Position numbers and translations under genes: made by a program. A stretch of 64,000 bases of DNA from Oscillospiraceae bacterium (GTDB lineage Bacteria; Bacillota; Clostridia; Oscillospirales; UBA929): positions 42,020 to 106,019 of the forward strand of contig WRIZ01000001.1 of the NCBI GenBank assembly GCA_009782475.1. The letters run 5' to 3'. The notes beneath the pieces were generated by a model that had not been told where the DNA came from, did not search any database, and worked only from the letters and a program-made list of their open reading frames with translations. Of this stretch, positions 36,814 to 44,810 are shown in pieces; the first letter of the stretch is position 1; the number at the start of each line of letters is the position of its first letter.

Positions 36814-39800
36814 ATGAAAAATCAGGTCTTTCGCATTTTTGTGGAAAAAAAACCGGGTTTTGATGTCGCCGCACAGTCACTTTTTCGTGATTTGACAGGA
36901 TTTCTTGGCGTTGGGCTGACCGGGCTCCGTCTCTTTACCCGTTATGATGTGCAGGGGCTGAGTGAAGACGGTTTTGAATGCTGTCTTCCCGTCGTCTTCA
37001 GCGACCCGCCCGCCGACATTGTCACCCGGGAGCAGCTCCCCGGGCTGTCTGAAGGCGTCCGTATCATACAATACGAAGCCCTTCCGGGGCAGTTTGACGC
37101 CCTTGCCGATTCGTGCGGGCAATGCGCGCAGCTCCTGCTGGGCGGCGAACGCCCCATTGTCCGTTCGGCCAAGGTTTTGGTGTTGGACGGCGCGGACGGG
37201 AAGGCTGTTGAACGTGTGACCAAATATTTGGTCAACCCCGTGGAAAGCCGTTTGGTTTCATCGGAAAAGCCGGAAACACTGGAAAGAATCTATCCGGCCG
37301 CTGATAAAATACCTGTATTGGAAGGCTTTTGCGCGTTTTCGGAAGAAGAGCTCCTTGCGCTGCAAAAGAAATACAGCTTGGCGATGGATATGAGCGATAT
37401 GCTGTTTGTGCGGGAACATTTCCGTTCCGAGGGGCGGGATCCGACGCTGACAGAAGTGAAGGTGCTCGACACATACTGGTCGGATCACTGCCGCCACACC
37501 ACCTTTTTCACCGAACTTGCACCGATCAAAATTGACGATCCCCGTGTCAGGGAAGCGTATGAGCTGTTCCTCTCCGTCCACGGTTCGGGCAAACCCGTCA
37601 CCCTGATGGGCATTGCCACCGCCACCATGAAGCATTTGGAGAAAGAAGGACTCCTTCCTCAGCTCGACCGCTCCGAAGAGGTCAATGCCTGCTCGGTCAA
37701 AGTCACCGTCGATACCGAATCGGGCCCTCAGCCCTGGCTGTTGATGTTCAAAAACGAAACGCACAACCATCCCACCGAGATCGAACCGTTCGGCGGCGCG
37801 TCCACCTGCGTCGGCGGCGGCATCCGCGACCCCCTTTCGGGGCGCGCTTACGTATATCAGGCCATGCGTATCACCGGAGCCGCCGACCCGCGCCTCCCCT
37901 TTGAAAAGACCATCCCCGGCAAACTCCCGCAGCGGCAGCTCACCACGACCGCCGCCGCCGGGAACTCCTCTTACGGCAACCAAATCGGCGTCCCCTCCAC
38001 CTTTATTCGTGAAATATACCATGACGGTTACGCGGCCAAGCGGATGGAACTCGGCGCGTTGGCCGGGGCGGCTCCTGCCGGTAATGTTGTGCGCAAGGAA
38101 CCGCAGCCGGGCGATATGGTTCTCCTGCTGGGCGGAGCCACCGGCCGCGACGGCATCGGCGGAGCCACCGGCAGTTCCAAAAGCCACGACACGGCTTCGT
38201 TTACAGAATGCTCTGCCGAGGTGCAGAAAGGTAACCCGCCCGAGGAGCATATGATCCAGCGTCTCTTCCGCAAAGAGCGCGTCGCCCGTTTGATCAAACG
38301 GTGCAATGATTTCGGCGCGGGCGGCGTTTCGGTTGCCGTGGGTGAACTGGCCGACGGTTTACGCATCCGGCTCGACCGTGTCCCGGTCAAATACGGCGGC
38401 CTCAACGGCACCGAACTGGCCATCTCCGAATCACAGGAGCGAATGGCCGTTGTCGTTGCCCCGGAAGACGCTTCCTCTTTCTGCCTCGAAGCCGACAAGG
38501 AAAATCTCAGCTGCACGGTGATCGCCGAAGTGACCGAGGAAAAACGGCTGATCATGGAATGGGATGGGGAAGAGATCGTTTCCCTCTGCCGGGATTTCCT
38601 CAACTCATCCGGCACGAGAAAAACCGCGGAAGCCATTATAATATCTCCGTCTTCTCAAAAACAACAACCGTGGGAGAACCCCTCCCTTTCCCCTTCGGAG
38701 CGTTTGCTTTTGCTGGCCTCCGACCTCAATTTCTGCTCTCAGCAGGGAATGGCCGAACTCTTCGACGCTTCGGCCGGGGCGGGCAGTGTTTTGGCACCTT
38801 ACGGCGGTTTGGCCGGAGCCGCACCCGAGCAGGTCTCCGCCGTCTTGATCCCGGCCGCGGGAAGCCGCACCGCCAGCGTGATGAGCTACGCCTTCGACCC
38901 CAACATCAACGACCCGTTCGGTTCGGCCGTGTTCAGCGTTGTGACCAGCGTGGCAAAGCTGGCGGCGTCCGGCTGCGCGCTGGAAGACATTCATCTCTCC
39001 CTTCAGGAGTTTTTCCCCAGCCCGGGCGGCGACCCGGAACGCTGGGGATGGCCGCTGGCCTCCATTCTTGGGGCTTTTTGGGCGCAGATGGGGTTGTCGG
39101 TCGCGGCGATCGGCGGCAAGGACTCAATGTCGGGAACATATGAAGGGGAAGAGGGGCGCATTGACGTGCCGCCCACACTGGTCAGCGTCGCCGTGGCGGC
39201 CGCGCCTGCCGCCCGTATCCTCCCTTCCCACTTCACAAGGCAGGGCAGTACCGTTTATCTGATGGAGGCTCCCGTCCGCGCGGACGGTTTACCCGATTTG
39301 TCCGGCCTTCGCGCCATGTGGGAACGGCTGCACGGGCATATCAAGCGCGGGGCGGTGCTTTCTGCCTATGCCTGCGAAATGGGCGGTGTTGCCGGTGCGC
39401 TTGCGCACATGAGCCTCTCCGGGCGGGGTGTACGCATCGCCCCGGAGGTCTATAACGACGGATTCTTCAAAGCACCATGGGGCAGCATTGTTTTTGAAAG
39501 CCCCCACGCGCTAGAAGGGGAACGCGCCGTCGGCACCGTCCAGCAGAAGCCGGAAATCCGGCTGGGCGGCGACTTCATTCCCATTGACAGCTTGTACGCA
39601 GCCTGGTGGAAGCCGCTGGAAGGGGTGTTCCCCACCGAAGTTCCCACAGAAAACATTCAAGTCCCCGCGCTGGAATATACAAAGCGCGCCGCGCCGTCTG
39701 TGCGCTTGCTCAATGCCCGCCCGCTTGCAGTCATCCCTGTTTTCCCCGGCACCAACAGCGAATATGAAACCGCCGCGGCACTGGATGCGGCAGGCGCGCT

Positions 39801-40491
39801 GACCGAGTCGCCTGTGATACGCAACCTGCGCGCCGACTGGTTGGAGCAATCGGCCGAAGCATTGGATAAATCACTGCGGAAGGCGCAGATGCTGATTCTG
39901 CCCGGCGGTTCTTCCAGTGATTATATCAACGCTTTCCTGCGGAACCCCCGTTTGACGGACGCCGTGCGCGACCTGCTTCACCGTCGCGGCGGCCTGATTT
40001 TGGGTTTGGGCGTTGGATTCCAAGCGTTGATGAAACTGGGGCTGATCCCTTACGGAGACATCCGCGACATTGATGAAGGCAGCCCCGCGCTGGCTGTTAA
40101 CGCCATCGGGCGGCATCAGGCGCGCTATATCCACACCCGCGTCTCCTCAGTGCTGTCGCCGTGGCTGATGCGCTGCGCCCCGGGCGAGATACACACCGTT
40201 CCCGTTGCGCACGCCGAAGGCCGTTTCACGGCGTCCGATTTTGTTGCCGACAGCCTTGTGCGGGGCGGCCAAATCGCTTTTCAATATTGCGACGTGAAAG
40301 GATTGCCAAGCATGGCCACCTTTGTCAACCCCAACGGATCGGTCTTGGCCGTTGAAGGGCTGACCAGCCCGGATGGGCGTGTGTTGGGCAAGATGGGACA
40401 TTCGGAACGCTCCGGCTTCTACATCGGCAAAAACATCCCCGGCAACAAACAACAGCCCATCTTTGAGGGGGGCGTACGGTATTTTCGGTAA
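36814..40491 (+). CDS. purL: Phosphoribosylformylglycinamidine synthase, single-chain large form (PurL+PurQ fused)
   Basis: 1225 aa with a synthetase core (NHPTEIEPFGGASTCVGGGIRD) and a C-terminal glutamine amidotransferase domain (FPGTNSEYE ... HAEGRF). Confidence 0.93.
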   Translation: MKNQVFRIFVEKKPGFDVAAQSLFRDLTGFLGVGLTGLRLFTRYDVQGLSEDGFECCLPVVFSDPPADIVTREQLPGLSEGVRIIQYEALPGQFDALADSCGQCAQLLLGGERPIVRSAKVLVLDGADGKAVERVTKYLVNPVESRLVSSEKPETLERIYPAADKIPVLEGFCAFSEEELLALQKKYSLAMDMSDMLFVREHFRSEGRDPTLTEVKVLDTYWSDHCRHTTFFTELAPIKIDDPRVREAYELFLSVHGSGKPVTLMGIATATMKHLEKEGLLPQLDRSEEVNACSVKVTVDTESGPQPWLLMFKNETHNHPTEIEPFGGASTCVGGGIRDPLSGRAYVYQAMRITGAADPRLPFEKTIPGKLPQRQLTTTAAAGNSSYGNQIGVPSTFIREIYHDGYAAKRMELGALAGAAPAGNVVRKEPQPGDMVLLLGGATGRDGIGGATGSSKSHDTASFTECSAEVQKGNPPEEHMIQRLFRKERVARLIKRCNDFGAGGVSVAVGELADGLRIRLDRVPVKYGGLNGTELAISESQERMAVVVAPEDASSFCLEADKENLSCTVIAEVTEEKRLIMEWDGEEIVSLCRDFLNSSGTRKTAEAIIISPSSQKQQPWENPSLSPSERLLLLASDLNFCSQQGMAELFDASAGAGSVLAPYGGLAGAAPEQVSAVLIPAAGSRTASVMSYAFDPNINDPFGSAVFSVVTSVAKLAASGCALEDIHLSLQEFFPSPGGDPERWGWPLASILGAFWAQMGLSVAAIGGKDSMSGTYEGEEGRIDVPPTLVSVAVAAAPAARILPSHFTRQGSTVYLMEAPVRADGLPDLSGLRAMWERLHGHIKRGAVLSAYACEMGGVAGALAHMSLSGRGVRIAPEVYNDGFFKAPWGSIVFESPHALEGERAVGTVQQKPEIRLGGDFIPIDSLYAAWWKPLEGVFPTEVPTENIQVPALEYTKRAAPSVRLLNARPLAVIPVFPGTNSEYETAAALDAAGALTESPVIRNLRADWLEQSAEALDKSLRKAQMLILPGGSSSDYINAFLRNPRLTDAVRDLLHRRGGLILGLGVGFQALMKLGLIPYGDIRDIDEGSPALAVNAIGRHQARYIHTRVSSVLSPWLMRCAPGEIHTVPVAHAEGRFTASDFVADSLVRGGQIAFQYCDVKGLPSMATFVNPNGSVLAVEGLTSPDGRVLGKMGHSERSGFYIGKNIPGNKQQPIFEGGVRYFR

Positions 40492-42403
40492 ATACAGTCA
40501 CATCGTACCGCACATCGCGGTCGGCGGCGGCGTCATCAACGGCGTCGCCAGTTGGGCTGTTTCGCAAAAATACAAAACGATATTGGCCGTCTCCGACCCG
40601 AACACCCGCCGGGTTGCGGGTGATCGTTTGCTGCCCGTGTTACGGGCCGCCGGGCTGACGGTGCGTGAGTGCCGGTTTGAACAAAACGAGCCGCTTCCGG
40701 ACGAGGCCTCCGTCGGGGCATTGCTGGCGGCGTTTCAGGACGATGTGGATTTGATCTTGGGGATCGGTTCGGGCGTCATCAACGACCTTTGTACATACGT
40801 CGGAGCCAAAGCCGGACGCCCGTCCGTCATCGTCGGCACAGCCCCTTCGATGGACGGCTATGCCTCGCTCGGTTCGGCCATGCTTCTGGGCGGGGTGAAG
40901 GTCACGCCGCCGACCCAATGCCCGGCCGCCATTTTTTGTGATACGGACATCCTCAAAGACGCCCCGCAGCTCATGAAGGCGGCGGGGCTGGGCGATATGC
41001 TGGGCAAATACACCGCGATGGCCGACTGGCGGCTCTCACACATTCTAACCGGAGAACCCATGCCGGAGGACATCGTTTCGCTGGTGGAAACGGCTCTCGA
41101 TAAGTGCGTGAAAGACCCTAAGGATATTCAATCCATCACCGAAGGGCTGATTTTAGGCGGTATCGCCATGAGCCTGTATGGCGACAGCCGTCCGGCGTCC
41201 GGCACCGAGCACCACCTTGCCCATTATTGGGAGATGCGGTATCTGAAAGAAGGGAAACCGCATGTTTCACACGGCATCAAGGTCGGTCTTGCGGCGGTCG
41301 CGGCGTTGGCCTTGTGGAAAGAGCTGCCGTCGGTCAAGCCGACGGAGGATGTTGCCCCGCATTGGGAAGAGATTTGCCGGTTTGCGGATTCACTGCCTTC
41401 GCCGGAAGTTTTGACCGAACTTTTACAGAGTGCCGGCGCGCCGGCGCGCCCTTCAGAAATCGGCCTCACCCAAGACATACTGGCGGACAGCGTCCTCTAC
41501 GCCCGCGACCGTAAGCCGCAGATGTATACATTGCTGCAGCTGCTGGGCGGGATGGACTTGCTTGCGGATTTTTCAAACAGGGCGGTGCGGCACTTTGAGC
41601 GAAACGCCCTCTCCGGCGTCAAATGCTTCGTTTTAGATATGGACGGCACCATCTATTTAGGGGGCAGGCTTTTCCCATTTACGAAAAACTTTTTGGAGCA
41701 ACTTAAAGCGTTTGGGTTTGACCATGTCTTCTTTACCAACAATTCCTCGCAAAACGCGGCGTTTTATCTGCGAAAACTGACGGAGTTGGGCATCCCCATT
41801 CCGCCGGAGAAACTGCTGATGTCCACCCACGTGCTGCTGTCGCATTTGGAGAAGGGAAAGCGTGTTTTCGTCGCCGGGACGAAACCGTTGATCGAAGATT
41901 TCCAGCAAGCCGGGTTTGCGGTGACGGACGAAAACCCTGATGTCTGCGTCTTGGGATTCGATCAGGACATGGATTACCGGCGGCTGACACAATTATGCGA
42001 TTTCGTCCGCGCCGGAGTTCCGGTTTACGGCGTGAATATGGACTTCAATTGCCCGGTTGAGGGCGGCGGATTTGTTCCCGACTGCGGAGCCCTTGCGGCG
42101 GCGGTCAGGGCTTCGACCGGGGTTGACATAGAGTTTTACGGAAAACCTTCGCGCAAAGCGTTGGCGTATATCATCGGGCGGACAGGGTATAAAGAGGAAG
42201 AGCTTTGCTTTGTCGGCGACAGGCTGTATACCGACGTCGCCATCGCTTCGGGGACGAAATCCCGCTCGGTTTTGGTTTTATCGGGAGAGACGAAACGGGA
42301 AGACCTCCGCGGCTCCCCGTTCGTGCCGGACTTGATTGTTGAGGATATAGGGGAATTAACCAGTTACTTGCCCTCCTCACGCCAAGCGTACGCTAGGCGT
42401 TAG
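40463..42403 (+). CDS. Fusion of sn-glycerol-1-phosphate dehydrogenase-like (iron-ADH fold, AraM/EgsA type) and HAD-IIA phosphatase (NagD/AraL type); start codon uncertain
   Basis: N-terminal half: GIGSGVINDL and ASGTEHHLAHYWE. C-terminal half: FVLDMDGTIY ... GDRLYTDV. There is no ATG/GTG/TTG between the purL stop and the conserved N-terminus. Candidate starts are TTG 40463 or ATG 40373, both inside purL. Confidence 0.7.
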   Translation: MRGAYGIFGKYSHIVPHIAVGGGVINGVASWAVSQKYKTILAVSDPNTRRVAGDRLLPVLRAAGLTVRECRFEQNEPLPDEASVGALLAAFQDDVDLILGIGSGVINDLCTYVGAKAGRPSVIVGTAPSMDGYASLGSAMLLGGVKVTPPTQCPAAIFCDTDILKDAPQLMKAAGLGDMLGKYTAMADWRLSHILTGEPMPEDIVSLVETALDKCVKDPKDIQSITEGLILGGIAMSLYGDSRPASGTEHHLAHYWEMRYLKEGKPHVSHGIKVGLAAVAALALWKELPSVKPTEDVAPHWEEICRFADSLPSPEVLTELLQSAGAPARPSEIGLTQDILADSVLYARDRKPQMYTLLQLLGGMDLLADFSNRAVRHFERNALSGVKCFVLDMDGTIYLGGRLFPFTKNFLEQLKAFGFDHVFFTNNSSQNAAFYLRKLTELGIPIPPEKLLMSTHVLLSHLEKGKRVFVAGTKPLIEDFQQAGFAVTDENPDVCVLGFDQDMDYRRLTQLCDFVRAGVPVYGVNMDFNCPVEGGGFVPDCGALAAAVRASTGVDIEFYGKPSRKALAYIIGRTGYKEEELCFVGDRLYTDVAIASGTKSRSVLVLSGETKREDLRGSPFVPDLIVEDIGELTSYLPSSRQAYARR

Positions 42404-42411
42404 AGGAGGGT

Positions 42412-42488
42412 GCCGCTCGAAAGCGGCGGGAGGAGAAAAACTCCCTCCGGCGCGTTGCGCCACCTCCCTCTGAGAGGGAGGCAAGGGC
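42412..42488. repeat. GC-rich hairpin repeat element (copy B), intergenic
   Basis: Hairpin GCCGCT-CGAA-AGCGGC (42412-42427), then CTCCCTCCG-N7-GCGCCAC and CCTCCCTC-TGA-GAGGGAGG (42463-42481). It matches the core of 7299-7346. Confidence 0.7.
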
Positions 42489-43363
42489 TACCCCCCGGCT
42501 ACCTTAAACCCTAACCCCAGCACCTCACGGGCGTTGAGGAAAATCATGAAGCTGGACGGATCGACCCGGTGCGCGGCGGCTTTCAATCTGCTGACCTCAT
42601 GAGGCCGGGCGGCGATCATCAAGGTGGTCACAGCCTGATTGGTGTACATGCCCCGCCCGTCCAGCCCGGTGCAGCCCCGCTGGACTTCGTGAAGGACAGC
42701 TTCGGCCATTTCCTCGGGTTTGCTTGTGACGATCAGCGCGGCCGAGGCGTTGTCCATGCCGGAGAGCAGCATATCGATGATCGACGAGGCGACGTATTGC
42801 ACGACAACGGCGTACAAAGCCGCTTCGGGGCTTCGGTAGACAAAAGCCGCGGCGGCGATGACAACGGCGTTGACGGTGAGGTTGACCCTCCCCAGGCTGA
42901 TATGCGGCTTTTTGCCTGTGACCATCTTGGCGATGATGTCGCTCCCGCCGGTCGTCGCGCCGCGCATGAAGACAAGCCCCAGCCCGAGACCCATCAACAC
43001 ACCGCCGTACAGCACCGACAGCAGCTTATCTTCGGTGATGACGACGTTGGACAAGACCGGGGTGAGGAAGTCGATCATCAGGCTGGAAGCAACGGTGGCG
43101 ACGGTGGTGCGGATCAAAAACTGCCGCCCGAGCTGCCGGAACGAGATCAAAAAGAGCGGCAGGTTGAGCAGGATGACCATAACGCCCATCGGCAGAAATC
43201 CGGTCAGGTATTCGATCATCTGCGCAACGCCGCCCACTCCGCCGATGATGACGTCGACCGGGCGGATAAACATCACAACAGCCGAGGCATACAACAGGTT
43301 GCCCAGCAGGATGAGGGTATAATCCAAAACGGCGCGCGCTTTATGTTGCTGATGTTGGTTCAT
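42488..43363 (-). CDS. YitT family membrane protein (DUF2179 C-terminal domain)
   Basis: Five TM segments with GGTTGG-like TTGGSD and a C-terminal soluble domain (LIVTSKPEEMAEAVLHEVQRGCT). Confidence 0.8.
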   Translation of the reverse strand: MNQHQQHKARAVLDYTLILLGNLLYASAVVMFIRPVDVIIGGVGGVAQMIEYLTGFLPMGVMVILLNLPLFLISFRQLGRQFLIRTTVATVASSLMIDFLTPVLSNVVITEDKLLSVLYGGVLMGLGLGLVFMRGATTGGSDIIAKMVTGKKPHISLGRVNLTVNAVVIAAAAFVYRSPEAALYAVVVQYVASSIIDMLLSGMDNASAALIVTSKPEEMAEAVLHEVQRGCTGLDGRGMYTNQAVTTLMIAARPHEVSRLKAAAHRVDPSSFMIFLNAREVLGLGFKVAGG

Positions 43364-43748
43364 CTATAGCACCCTCGAACAATTCATATATCCGCTCGAT
43401 ACGGCCGCTTAACCAAAGCCAGCCAAACAACGCTTCCAGCGCGGTCGCGCTTTGATACTCGGCGCGGCTGGCCGAGGCCGGGATGCTGCCCGGCTGCGCG
43501 TTGCGCCCCCGCCGGAAAACGGCGGCTTCCTCATCGGTCAAAAGGGGCAAGACTCTTTCCGCTGCCAGAGCTTGCGCCCGGGCATTGACGTGTTTGACCC
43601 GCATGGTATGCACATCCTCGGCTTGCGCGAATCCCTGCTTGCAGAGGCGGGTGCGCACCAACAGGTCGTAGACGCTGTCGCCGACCGACGCAACGGCTAA
43701 AATCCCCAGCGCGTTGATTTGATGTTGACTGAGCGGTTTTGGAAACAT
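43341..43748 (-). CDS. mrnC: Mini-ribonuclease 3
   Basis: LAVASVGDSVYDLLVR (RNase III signature variant), 135 aa. ATG preceded by GAGGAG. Confidence 0.85.
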   Translation of the reverse strand: MFPKPLSQHQINALGILAVASVGDSVYDLLVRTRLCKQGFAQAEDVHTMRVKHVNARAQALAAERVLPLLTDEEAAVFRRGRNAQPGSIPASASRAEYQSATALEALFGWLWLSGRIERIYELFEGAIDEPTSAT

Positions 43749-43782
43749 GTTTATTCTCCTCATTGAAAGGATGATTTATACC

Positions 43783-44736
43783 ATGAGCGTCACGATTTCG
43801 GTGGTTGTCCCGCTGTATAACGAAGAGGAAGTCATTGCCGAGTCATACCGCCGCCTCAAAGAAGTGATGGACGGAACGGGCGAGGAATACGAGTTGATCT
43901 TCGTCAACGACGGCAGCCGCGACCAAACGTGGCACTTGGCTTGCGCGCTGGCCGAAAGCGACCCGCGCCTCCGGCTGATCGGGTTTTCGCGCAATTTCGG
44001 CCACCAAACCGCCATCACGGCGGGGATGGACGCGGCTTGCGGCCAAGCCGTGGTGGTCATCGACGCCGACTTGCAAGACCCGCCCGAAGTCATCCCGGCT
44101 ATGATCGCCAAATGGCGGGAAGGGTTTCAGGTGGTATACGGCCTGCGCACCAAGCGCAAAGGGGAGAGCTTTTTCAAAAAGATCACGGCGAAACTCTTTT
44201 ACCGCCTCTTAAATTCCCTGACCGACGTCGACCTCCCGGTGGACACAGGCGATTTCCGCCTGATCGACCGCGCCGTCTGCGACGCGCTGAAAGCCCTGCC
44301 GGAGCGCAACCGCTACGTGCGCGGGTTGGTGAGCTGGGTGGGCTTTAAGCAGACGGCGGTGGAATACGTCCGCGACGAACGCTTCGCCGGGGTTACAAAG
44401 TATCCGCTGCGGAAAATGCTGCGGCTGGCCGGAGACGGCCTGACCTCATTTTCCTACAAACCGCTCAAATTGTCAATCTTCATCGGCTCGCTCGTCTCGG
44501 TCGCCAGCTTTATCTATGCCATTGTGATCGTCTGTCAGAGGCTGTTCACCGACGTCCTTGTCTCCGGCTGGGCAACGCTGGCTTGCCTGACCCTCTTCTT
44601 CAACGGGGTGATTTTGATCATGATGGGCATCATCGGGCAGTATATCGGGCGGATTTACGACGAAACGAAGGGACGCCCGCTCTATATCGTGGCCGAACGG
44701 GTGAATTTTGAGGGGGACAGGGATAAAAATGCTTGA
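43783..44736 (+). CDS. GT2 family glycosyltransferase (polyprenyl-phosphate sugar transferase, GtrB/ArnC-like)
   Basis: VVVPLYNEEE, FVNDGSRD and DADLQDPP motifs plus two C-terminal TM helices. Confidence 0.88.
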   Translation: MSVTISVVVPLYNEEEVIAESYRRLKEVMDGTGEEYELIFVNDGSRDQTWHLACALAESDPRLRLIGFSRNFGHQTAITAGMDAACGQAVVVIDADLQDPPEVIPAMIAKWREGFQVVYGLRTKRKGESFFKKITAKLFYRLLNSLTDVDLPVDTGDFRLIDRAVCDALKALPERNRYVRGLVSWVGFKQTAVEYVRDERFAGVTKYPLRKMLRLAGDGLTSFSYKPLKLSIFIGSLVSVASFIYAIVIVCQRLFTDVLVSGWATLACLTLFFNGVILIMMGIIGQYIGRIYDETKGRPLYIVAERVNFEGDRDKNA

Positions 44737-44810
44737 CATTATCACTCATTTATGTCAATATATTGTTATGTAAACTCGTTATTATGTTATATTATAAGGG
44801 GTGGCGAACT

